64,000 nucleotides of DNA. Source: Neocallimastix sp. 'constans' (Eukaryota). Positions 11,338 through 34,102 of this stretch are shown here, piece after piece. The notes below the pieces were generated by a model. It did not search any database. It saw only the letters and a list, made by a program, of their open reading frames with translations, and had not been told where the DNA came from. Location of the stretch: the NCBI GenBank assembly GCA_050613775.1, contig JBODTK010000159.1, forward strand, positions 310,001 to 374,000, in the 5' to 3' direction. Numbering within the stretch: the first letter of the stretch is position 1; the number at the start of each line of letters is the position of its first letter. A program made the translations under genes and the position numbers.

Positions 11338-12854
11338 ATGGCTGAAACTTTCCTCTTTACTTCTGAATCTGTTGGTGAAGGTCACCCAGGTAACTACTGG
11401 CAGAATAATATAAAATATGATAGCAATTGGAGTGACAAATTATCATTGTTACAATAATAATTATAATAATAATAATAATACTAAGTTGAATAAAGATGAA
11501 GTATCAATTAATAGTTATTTATCGTTATACTATAATATAATATTTTATAGATAAGATCTGTGATCAAATTTCAGATGCTATTCTTGATGCTTGTCTTGAA
11601 CAAGATAAATTCTCTCACGTTGCCTGTGAAACTGGTATGTAACTTTTAAGTAAAGAAAAAAAAATAAAATAAGAAATAAAAAAATGAAAGAAATAAAAAA
11701 AATATTTTTAAAAATAAATAAATAAATATAATTATATATAGTTCAAAAAAAAAAAAAAAAAATTAAATGATGATATATTAATATAATATTTTTATACATA
11801 TTTTCATTTTCATTTTATTATATTTTATTAATGAATAGCCGCTAAGACTGGTATGATTATGGTGTTCGGTGAAATTACTACTAATGCTAAGATTGATTTC
11901 CAAAAGGTTGTCAGATCTACTATTAAGAAAATTGGTTATGATGACTCTTCCAAGGGTTTCGATTACAAAACTTGTAACGTTTTAGTTGCTATTGAACAAC
12001 AATCACCAGATATTGCTCAAGGTCTTGTTCAAGTCTCTAACAACGTCGAAGATATTGGTGCTGGTGACCAAGGTATTATGTTTGGTTACGCTACAGATGA
12101 AACACCAGAATTAATGCCTCTCTCTCATATATTAGCTCACAAGCTTAACTATAAGTTAGCTGAACTTCGTAGAGATGGTACTCTTCCATGGTTACGTCCA
12201 GATACTAAGACTCAAGTTACCGTTGAATACAAGATTGAAAATGGTGTTACCACTCCATTAAGAGTTCACAATGTTGTTATCTCTACTCAACACTCTCCAG
12301 AAATTACTACTACAGAATTACGTAAGGAACTTATTGAAAAGGTCGTTAAGGCTGTCATTCCAGCTAACTTATTAACTGAAGAAACTATTTACCACATGCA
12401 ACCATCTGGTAAATTCATCATCGGTGGTCCACAAGGGGATGCTGGTCTTACTGGCCGTAAGATTATTGTCGATACATACGGTGGTTGGGGTGCTCATGGT
12501 GGTGGTGCCTTCTCTGGTAAGGATTGGTCTAAGGTTGATCGTTCTGCAGCTTACGCCGCTAGATGGGTCGCTAAGTCTTTAGTTAATGCTAAGTTATGTC
12601 GTCGTTGTTTAGTTCAAATTTCATACGCTATTGGTGTCTCCGAACCATGTTCTATCTTTGTTGATACCTACGGTACTGGTGTTAAATCCAATGCTGAAAT
12701 CTTAGAAATTATTAAGAAGAACTTTGATCTCCGTCCAGGTGTTATTGTTCAAGAACTTAATTTATGGAGACCAATTTATCAAGAAACAGCTTGTTACGGT
12801 CACTTTGGTCGTCCACAATTCACTTGGGAAAAACCAAAGGAACTTAAGTTCTAA
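11338..12854 (+). CDS. SAM2: S-adenosylmethionine synthetase (methionine adenosyltransferase), 3 exons: 11338-11389, 11551-11634, 11839-12854; 383 aa
   Basis: The spliced product starts [33 protein letters not shown] and has the signatures GAGDQG and GGGAFSGKD. Both introns are GT-AG and keep the frame. The SAM1/SAM2/metK paralog name cannot be resolved. Confidence 0.97.
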
Positions 12855-13056
12855 AAAGTTTGAATTTATCATTCTTTTTTTTATTTTTTATTTTTTATTT
12901 TTTTTGGGATATATATATCTATACATAATATGTATAAATATTATACGTTTTAAAAAGGTTTTTTTTTCTAATTTTTATTTTTATTTATTTATTTATTATT
13001 ATTTTTTTAATTTTCATTTATCTCCTTAAAAACCTTTTTTTTTAAAAAATAATTTA

Positions 13057-13099
<43 letters not shown>

Positions 13100-13753
13100 A
13101 TGAAAGAAGCTATTTAGAATTTATATATTTGATTATTATTATAATTATTTATTTGTCAAATAATAATAATAATAATAATGATAAAATTAGTATAGTACAA
13201 ATAACATATAATATCATTTATCATTTACGCATTTTTTATAATTCCTTTATATAAAGGAGTTTCATACTATCAAGTTTTTTTTTATATTCATAGCAAAAAA
13301 AATTATATAATTTATTAAATGTAAAAAAAAAAAAAAAATAAAAATAAAAATAATAAAGAATTATATTTATTTTCTATTATTTAAATAATATAACATATAA
13401 TTAATAATAATAATAATAATAAAATTTATATTAGACTTAATAAAAGTAGTAATATTTTATTATTTAAATAAGAAACATAAATAATATTTATTAGAATAGA
13501 ATTAATTTATTTTATTATTTAAATTCTATAAAAGGTTTTTTGAATTATTTGATATTTAAATTTTTTAAAATTGGTATAGTTCATATATTGAAATATGGAT
13601 ATATTAATACTATATTAGTTATAATAAAGTAAAGATTAAAATTTAAAAAAACTAATTCTATTTCTATTTTTTGAATGTAATATATATCAAAAAGAAAAAA
13701 AAAATTCTTAATTATTATATATATTAGCACATTTTTCACCATTTAATCTATTC

Positions 13754-14960
13754 AAGTAATTTTCTAAATAATGAGTATGTGAATGCAATGATAATTGAAC
13801 AAAAATCCTTGGATGCTTCTTTAGATTCAGAAAAGGATTATGATAATGATAATAATATTTATCATTTTATATTGAGTGCTCTTCTTGGCGGGCGTTCAAT
13901 ATATGAAAAAATAAAACTTAATGATGTGGAACAAATCATTTCTAATCTTTATCTTCAAGAGTTACCTAAAACGAATCACTATACCTACTTAGGTGTACCA
14001 TTTTCAAATGATTTAGAATTGAAACCGATCATACAGAGAATACACTTTATTCCATAAAAGGATTTCTTAAGAATCCTCATATTCCTATCCCTTATAAAAG
14101 AATGTTATTTTCAGCTATAGTAATTGTACAAGTTTCATATTATGCACCTCTACTTGGATCTAACAAAGATAGAACGAGAAGTACACAGACACTAGTTAAT
14201 TCAGGATTATACTGGATTGAAGGATTTTCTAAAGGGAATAGCTTTACTTCCCTTTATTGTGTTTCTAAAGAACTTAACATTCCTCTTTCCTAACCCCTAA
14301 CAAATTAGATAAATTTCCATCAAAAAAAGCTATTTTACTGGGATAGAGATATGGCAGGAAAATTAATCAAAGCTAAGGCTTATAAAAATAATAATTTTGA
14401 GAAAACTAGAGAGTATCTTAAGCTAAATTATAAATATCCTGAATTTAGCATTGGCTTCCGATGGGTACTTCGTGCCAGATGTGGATATAAATTCGATGCT
14501 CGTGTTGCCAAAGCCGCCAAAATGATTGAAGAAGACTGTCCTGAAAGGTGTCCTTGTTGTTATAGAAAAAATAGTAATCCTCCATTGGAACATTGGTTTT
14601 CTAAATGCTATCTTTTACGTGTATTTCGAATGAAATATTTTAAGGAGGTTGAAATTCTTTATGAAATATTTTATATTATTTCTAAATATTGTCTAATATC
14701 TAATAGTAATGTTGACACTGTTATCACAGATATGAATAATATAGAACTAAGTTCTGATTCTGATAGTAGTAACGAAGTATATAATATTAATAATATTAAC
14801 AATAGAAATAATATTGTTAATAATAGTAGAAATAGTGATAGTGAAAATAGGAATATTAATATTAGTAATAGTGGAAATTATAATATCGTTACTTCTAATT
14901 TAGTGAATAGTTCAATTGGTGAAAATCGTTGTAATTTAAGTAATTTTCTAAATAATGAGT
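13754..14960 (+). mobile_element. Decayed non-LTR retrotransposon (LINE-like) fragment: RT thumb region and C-terminal zinc knuckle
   Basis: YTYLGVPF motif, then broken ORFs leading to CPCC-x8-H-x4-C (CPCCYRKNSNPPLEHWFSKC). Frameshifts and stops are present. Confidence 0.75.
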
Positions 14961-14969
14961 GTGTAGATA

Positions 14970-16795
14970 TATATTTATGCACTTATTTTTTGATTATTAC
15001 TTTTTATTTCACGTTACTATTTCATTTATTATTATGTTCAAATTGGACAAATAATATTTATTTATTTTATTAATTCTGTGTTTTTTTATTTTTTATTAAA
15101 ATTAAAAGTATTTATGTATTTTATATAAGAATAAATAAATAAAGATAAAAGTTCGCAATAATTGCTGCTATAAAAAAAAATCTCTATCTTACTTCTAAAG
15201 CTAGAGCTCGTTACCTTGACGTATTATTAAATGAATTTCCTATTCATCGTGGTGTTGCCCGTTATCACCTATTTTATTTAATTTATTCATTAATGATATT
15301 TTAAACAATTGTGATAAATATGGTATTAGTATTGGTAATATTGGTAATAAAAAATGTTGTGGTGGTTCTTTTACTGATGATATTGCTCTTATAGTGAAGG
15401 CTCTATTCCGTCATGTTTTTCGTTGGGCTAATAAAAATGAAATGTCTTTTGGTATCAATAAATGTGCTACAATAATTATTAAACCCTTAAATTTTGTTTC
15501 ATTTCTTGGTTACGAAGAACCTACATTTCACCTTGGTATGTATTCTATCCCTAAAGCATCTGTGTATATTTACTTAGGTAACCCCTTCAGTAATGGTCTT
15601 TCCCTTATGCCTATTATCACTTATATGAATACTAGAGTTAGAAAATCCTTATTTTCTTTCTCGAGTTTTTTATCCAATAATAAAGTTCCATTAACTTTTA
15701 AAAGATCTATTATTCAATTATATATTATTAGCAAAGTATTATATTTTGCTCCACTTTTATGTTCAAACAAAAACAATTTTAAGAATGTACAATCTTTAAT
15801 TAACACAGCATTGTTATGATGTATTGATTCTAACTCCTTGAACAAAGAAAATTATCTTAACATTGAAAAGAAGAAAAAATGTAAAAATTATATCAAAAGG
15901 AACTCAACGGTTAGTGTTTATGCCTTATTTCTTGATCTTCAAGTATTTCCAATTGCAGGCTTTTGTGTTTCTTTTCAAATAGAATGCTTTTGTAAATGGA
16001 GAAATTCTAAATGTATTATTAAAGATCTCATAAACCATATCCCTTCTATGCCACGTTAATCTTGGTTAAAAAAAACCACTGGTGCTCTACAAGAAAAAAT
16101 TAAGAAAAAAAATATCACTAAATTCAAAGATGTTATTGAATCAAATTGGTCTGATGTTGGTAAATTCCAAGGAATTGAATTAAAGGTATGAATTATGATA
16201 ACTTCAAATTTATAAATACTAGAAATTTGTTCAAGCTCAGCCTTGAATACCCTCATTTAAGTTTAGGTTTTAACTAGATCTAATACAGATTCGATTGATA
16301 ACAACACTAATATTGAAATTATTACTCGTAATAATGGACGTGGTGTTATCACCGAAGAATGGGAAAAGTTAAAAACTATTGCTTCTAACGCATTTTCATA
16401 ATTATAAAATATATAATATTTTATTTCATGTATTTTATTTGTTATTTTTTATTTAAATTATATAATTTCATTATTATTATAATTTAAGTAAAGTTTTCTC
16501 TAAGTCTTAAAAAAAAAAAAAAAAAATTCAAACCCTAATCCATTATAAGTAATATGGAGATGAGGTTCGTTGCATAAGAAATTTTTTCTGAATTTATTTA
16601 AACACTTTATTTTTGAATATTACTTTTTTATTTCACACTACTATTTTAAATATTATTATGTTCTAATTGGGCAAATATTATATATATATATATATATATT
16701 TTTTTTTTTTTTGTAATTTAAAAAAATATTCATGTAATTAATAATGAATAAATAAAGATTAAAGTTGGCAATAATTTTGACTAAAAAAAAAAAAA
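14970..16795. repeat. ~200-bp diverged direct repeats (14970-15180 and 16593-16795) bracketing the second LINE fragment
   Basis: TTACTTTTTATTTCAC...TATTATTATGTTC(A/T)AATTGG(A/G)CAAATA...AATAAAGAT(A/T)AAAGTT(C/G)GCAATAATT followed by an A run, in both copies. Confidence 0.75.
15181..16395 (+). mobile_element. Second, divergent decayed non-LTR retrotransposon fragment (reverse transcriptase core)
   Basis: EFPIHRGV/CPLSPILFNLFINDI (RQG deleted), FTDDIAL (variant of the Y/FADD motif), FGINKC and YIYLGNPF. It is homologous to the upstream fragment (YFAPLLCSNK vs YYAPLLGSNK) and has several frameshifts. Confidence 0.85.
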
Positions 16796-17269
16796 AGTAG
16801 ACCTAATATATATATTTCAGACCCATATACTAACAGTTCTAGTTTCTAGTTTCTTTTCAACGAATCTATATAAAGAGAGAGAGTAATTCTCATATAATGA
16901 GAATCTTTCACATATTTTCAGGGGGGGAGAGTTTTAGTGGACATCATCACACTATCTATTTTTTTTTTTTAAAGGTGCTTTAACTTTTTTTTGTTTTATT
17001 ATTTTTTGATTTAAATGTACGATTAATATTACTACACATCATATAATATCACAACGAAATTTTAACTTTTTGAACTTATTTTTTATCCTTTATTACATTT
17101 AATTTTCTATGATTAAAAAATTTTTTTTCTTTTTGAATTTTTTATTATTTTTTATTTTTCTTAATTGTTTAAATACATTTTACTTTTAATAAATGTAAAA
17201 CATAAAAATATAATTATCTATTTTAATAAAGCACACTAGAAATGTATTCTCTTCCTAGTCTAAAAAAAA

Positions 17270-17460
17270 AAATAAGTAAAAGATATATGTTAAAAAAAAT
17301 AATAATAATAATAAATAATAAAAATTCATTAAAAAAAAAAATAAGTAAAAGAAAATATGTTAAAAATAAAAAAAAAAGAATAAAAAGTAAAAGAATATAT
17401 GTTAAAAATAAAAAAAAGAATAATAAGTAAAAGAAAATATGTTAATAATAAAAAAAAAAG
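17270..17460. repeat. Degenerate ~40-bp A-rich tandem repeat
   Basis: AAGTAAAAGA(A/T)(A/T)ATATGTTAA recurs four times. Confidence 0.6.
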
Positions 17461-17788
17461 ACTCTATGTTTTTCCCTCTTTCTTTTTTTTTATTTTTTAT
17501 TTTTTTATTTTTACATATATAGTAATATATAGTTTTATTTATTATTTTTTTATTTTATTTTATTTTATTTTTATTTTTATATATAGGTTTATATATAGTT
17601 TTATTATTTTTATCTTTACATATATAGTTATAAATATAGTTTAATTTATTATTTATTTGTATAATTATAAATATATATATATAGTTTTATTATAAGAATT
17701 TCATTATTTTCCTTTCCTTTTCATAATAGATATTTATATATTATATTTTTTTTCTTTTCTTTTTTTTTTTTTTTTTTCCTTTTCTTTT

Positions 17789-28562
<10,774 letters not shown>

Positions 28563-28753
28563 TTTTTTTTTTTTCTTATTATTATTGATATAGAATATTG
28601 TTTTATTTATTTATTATTTTTTTTTTTTACTTTTTTTTTTTTTAAAAAAAAAAAAGAACTTCTTTATTTTTAAATTAGAAGTGTTATATAAAATATATTT
28701 ATAAATTAAATTTTAAAATATGAAAATTTTTAATTTTAAGAATGATAAATAAA

Positions 28754-28788
<35 letters not shown>

Positions 28789-28871
28789 TTTTTTATAAGA
28801 TAATAGGATATTTAGATGGTTACAAATTTTTTAATAATCTAAATAAAATTAATTTTTTAAATATGAACACT

Positions 28872-28904
<33 letters not shown>

Positions 28905-28913
28905 TGTTTATTA

Positions 28914-28960
<47 letters not shown>

Positions 28961-31900
28961 AAATATGACGTAACAATTAACAAAAAGAAAAAGTCTTTTA
29001 AAAATATATATATATATAGAAATATAGAAATATATAAAAAATATAAAAATATAGATATATAAATATATAGATTTATCAATAAATACAAAAATAAAATAGA
29101 AAATAGAAAATAAAATAAAATAGAAAAATAGAAAATAAAAGAGAAAAAGAAAATTATAATATTTAATAATAAGTTGAAAAAAAATAAAAAAAAATTAAAA
29201 TTATTTTTTTCTATTTTTTAATTAGTAATTAATATGTATTTGAATAAAATTTAATTTTTTTTATTTTCTTACAAATTTAATTAAAAAAAAAATTTTTTTT
29301 TTTTTAAATTTTTAATTTTTGGTTTAATTAAATAAAGAAAAAAAATAATTATAAAAAAAAGTTTCTTTTTTTTTAATATATATATATTTTTAATTTTTTA
29401 TTTGTTTATTCAAAAAATTTTATACATATATTCTATTCTATTCTATTTGTAAATATTTTTCTATATTCTTATTTATAAAATAATTTTAATTTTATAAATC
29501 AATATTTACTTTGTTTAACGCCTACACTTTAGTGATCTAAAGTAGATTAATAACAATAATAATAAATAAATAAAATATAAATAACATAAAATGCATCATT
29601 TAGCACTATTACTATTATCATTTAATTAATCCATTTTTACCACAATATTACCATATAAATATTTTTCTACTTCTACTTCCACGTTTATTTTTTTTTTTTA
29701 CTTTTTTTTTTCCACTTTTATTATATTAAAAGTTATTTTTCTCCATATTATATTACATAAATAAAATCTTTCATATTTTACACAAGGAACACACACAAGA
29801 ATTTTTGAATAGAAATACTTTCATAGAATAGATTACTAATAATATTTCATTTAATTTTTTATTTATTGATCGTATACTCTTTTTATTTATTTATCATTTA
29901 TTAAAAGCTGTTTATATTATTATATATTATTGTTTGATAATAAAAATACACTAATATAAATTTATTTAAATTACATATAAAATTTTTATACATAATTAAA
30001 ATTTATATTATTATTTATAAAAAATATATAATAATATTGAATAATATATTTACAACTTTTAATATCAATAGCTATGATAATAATGTATATACATATTAAT
30101 TTATTTTTTTTTTTTATGTTTACAATATCTTATATTTTAATAACTATGGATATAAAAAGTTATTAAAAAAAATTAAAATATTGTAATTTTATTATTCCCA
30201 AGAAAGAACTGAGCCATTTATAATAGAAAAATTTATTAAATGACTTGAAAACCAAGGGGTACTTTTTTTTTATTGTTTGATTTTGAAATTATTTTAACTA
30301 AGTGCAGAAAACAATATTTTATTTATATAATTATTCCATTATGATCAAAAGTCTATAATTTATAGCAATTGATCATGAAATAAGTAAATATAAAAAAATC
30401 TTTTTTTTTTTAATAAATAAACTTTATAATTACTATCTATTACTACTATCTATTTCTAACTATTTCTATTTTAATAATTTTTTTATAATATTATCTAATA
30501 CTAATACTTTCTATTTAAATATAAAGGAAAAAACTTTTTTTTTTATTATTATTTAAAAACTTCTATTTTCTATAATTATCTCTAACTTCACTTATTTTTT
30601 TTTTTTTTTTGGTATTTCTAAAACTATAACTAAAATTAAGAAAAAAGTTCAGCAATGAGATTAATAGAAAGTTGTTCATTCCTTCACCTTTTTATCTTAT
30701 TTATGGAAAATAATATATTGGATATAGTTTCAAAATGATTGGTCAAAAAATGAATTAAATATTTAAAATAGCAAAAAATATTAAAAAAAATTTAATAAAA
30801 AAATTGATTAAAATTTAAATATTGAAATACTGAAAATTAATAATAATAAAATAATAATAAATAATTTATTTGTTTCTGCATTTTTTATGAATTTCATAAG
30901 GAAAAGTGAATTATTTTTAATTATATTAATTATCAATTATTATTATTAATTATTAGTTATTATTAATTTATTTTTTATTTCATTCATTTTCATATTATCA
31001 TTAATCTCTTTTATTATCATTAAACTTTTTTTTATTTATTAATAAAAAAAAAATTAATTTTAAAAAAGTATAAAAAGTTATTAATAATAGATATTAATCT
31101 TATATTATTATTATTATTATTATTATTATTTCCAATAAAACTTTTTTTTTTTAATGTAATGATGATTGTTTTAATTATTAACTTTTTTTTTTTTTTTTTT
31201 AATTATTTGCTATATAATTATTTTTTTTTTTTTTTTATTTTTATTTCACTTTTGGATTTTCGTATTATAATTTATTGTTCCATTGATTTTATTTTTAAAA
31301 ACTTTATATTTTATATTATATATATATAAACAATAAATAAATGACATTTTTGAATAAGATTGGTTGTTATATACTGAGATGTTAATAATTTTTTTTTTTT
31401 TTTTTTTTTGATGTTGATGAAGACTCAAAATAGTTTTTTTTTTTTTTTTTTAAATGGAAATATACTACTTTATTATCTATTAGTTAATATTATACCACAA
31501 TAATTAATAATAATAGAATTAGTTATAATTTAGGTTATTTTTAACAAGTTTTATAATAAAAAAGTTTTTTTTTTTTTTTTAAAAAAAAAAAAGAAAAATT
31601 AAAAATTAAATATTAAATAAAATGAGATAATATCAATAAATTATTATTTTGTAATAAATTAATAAAACAAAAAAATATGGAGTTCATTTCAATAAATAAA
31701 AAAAAAATTTATATAAATACAGAGAGAGAGAGAATTTAATAAATATTTAAATAAAAATATGGAGTTAGTAAATAAATATTTAAATTATATGAATATACTA
31801 ATAATCTTTTCTTATTTTTTTTTTAAAAAATGTAATATAATTAATTAATTAATTATTTATTTATATACTCATTTACGTTTTTATTTATTTATTTATTTAT

Positions 31901-32551
31901 TTATTTATTTTTGTTAAAAAACTATTTATTTTCAATTGAATTAAGTTTAGAAATACTGGAATTAGTACTGTTGGAGAGAAAAAAAAACTTTTTTTTTTAT
32001 TTAGTAGTTAAATAATGAAATTAACTATTAATGACTCCATACATCAATAATAAAATTCTTTCTTTTTTAAAACCTTATATTTCTTATTCCAATTGGATAA
32101 ATAATCTATTTGTATGGAAAAAAAGTTCTTATTTTAAAAAGAACCTTAAATTTTTTTTTTTTTTTTATTTTTTTTTTTACTTTCATACATATTTAAAAAT
32201 AAAATAAAATAAAATAAAAAATTAAATTCAATTATTAAAGTACTATAAACTATTAAAAAGTAATTAAATATGAAATTTTATTAAATTTTAAAAAGTTAAT
32301 AATTTTTTTTAATTAAATTAACAATTTAATAATGTAAATAAATAATAAATATTTGTTAATTAATAATTAAATAAAAAATAAATTATAATTAATAAATAAT
32401 AATTGAATAATAAATAATAAATAAGAAATAAGAAATAAGAAATAAGAAATAACAAATAACATAGATAAATGATAAATAAATAATAAAATATATAAATACA
32501 GTAATTATAATAATAATAATGAAAATTTGTATTAGAAATAATAATAATAAA

Positions 32552-32582
<31 letters not shown>

Positions 32583-33161
32583 TTATAAATAATGAAAATT
32601 TGTTTTAATAATGATGATAATGAAAATTTATTTTTGTTTATAATAATAATTATTTTATAATATAATAAATAATTCTAAACTAAGATACATTATCAATGGT
32701 TATGGTTTTCAATTATAATCACATCTATTGAAGAGCTTATTCTTTTTTAATAAGACAGTTCCATCCAACTTTCTTTTTTTTTTTATTATTATTATTTATT
32801 TTACTTATTTTTATTTATATATTTTGTTTATTTATTTCATTATTATAATTATTTTTAAAAAAAAATAAATTTTTAAAAATAAGATTTATTTAAAATGGGA
32901 AGGAAAAAAAAAAAAAATAAATTGAAGTCCTAAAATTGAGGTTTAATCATCATACTTTAGATCTTTCTTCTCCTCTCTCTCTCTCTCTCTTCCCTTCTCT
33001 CTCTCTGTAGCCCTATATCAAGAGAAATTACATATTAAAAAAAAAAAAATACTTTAAAAAAAAAAAATAATAATATATATATATTTTTTGATTCATTAAA
33101 AGAAATAAAAATAAAATAAAATATAAAAATCCATAATCTTTCACTCCACCACCTTCAATCC

Positions 33162-33219
<58 letters not shown>

Positions 33220-33224
<5 letters not shown>

Positions 33225-33383
33225 AATAAATCGGTAATATAAATCTTTTTTTTTTTTTCTTTTTTCAAACCTTACAGGAAAGAAGATATTCACTACAATA
33301 ATAAATTATTGCTTTTTTTTTTTTTTTTTTTTTTTTAAATGAATGAATGAATAAATAAATACATATCAGCATTTTAGAACGTC

Positions 33384-33432
<49 letters not shown>

Positions 33433-33546
33433 ATTAAAATTATTAAAATAAATCGATAATATAAGACTTTTTTTTTTTTTTTTTTTTTTTTTTCTTTTTT
33501 CAAACCTTACAGGAAAGAAGATATTCACTATAATAATAAATTATTG

Positions 33547-33586
<40 letters not shown>

Positions 33587-33637
33587 GAATGAATGAATGA
33601 ATGAATGAATAAATAAATACCAGCATTTTAGAACGAC

Positions 33638-33700
<63 letters not shown>
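33220..33700. repeat. Recent two-copy tandem duplication (~220-250 bp) bounded by (TAT)n tracts, downstream of GH45
   Basis: TTTTTCAAACCTTACAGGAAAGAAGATATTCACTA and CAGCATTTTAGAACG(T/A)CTGTTATT each occur twice. Confidence 0.9.
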
Positions 33701-33701
<1 letters not shown>

Positions 33702-34102
33702 TTTTAAATTCTATTTTATTAAAAATTAACATAATTATTTTAAAACAAAATTAAATATATATATATATAAATATATATATTAGTTAAACAAATAAATATA
33801 ATAGATAGTTTTATAAAGTTAAATATAGAAAAAAAAAAATATAATTTTAGATCATAATAAAGAAATTAATTAAAAGAAAAAATTTATAAAAGTTTAAAAA
33901 AAATAATAATTATGAGTAAAAAATATACAATTTTAAGATTTAAAATAAAATATTGAAATAATAAATTAAAAGAACATAAAAAAAAAAAAAATTACAATTA
34001 TAAAATATACAAATTTTTAAAATAGATTATTATTATTTTCTTTTAAGAAGTTCTTTTTTTTTTTTCTTTTTTTTTTTTTAAAAATTTTTCTTTCAATGTC
34101 AC

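Noticed and set aside
11541..11845. METTL16/METT-10-type UACAGA(G/A)AA motif at the SAM synthetase acceptors
   Set aside because: The acceptors read TATAG|ATAA and AATAG|CCGC; neither matches the nonamer. The partial match at intron 1 is explained by AT bias and the Asp-Lys codons.
16530..16538. Telomere-like AACCCTAA (also ~36979)
   Set aside because: Single units only; expected by chance.
29500..30900. Scattered slightly GC-richer patches as possible exons
   Set aside because: No consistent open frame, splice pattern or recognisable motif was found.
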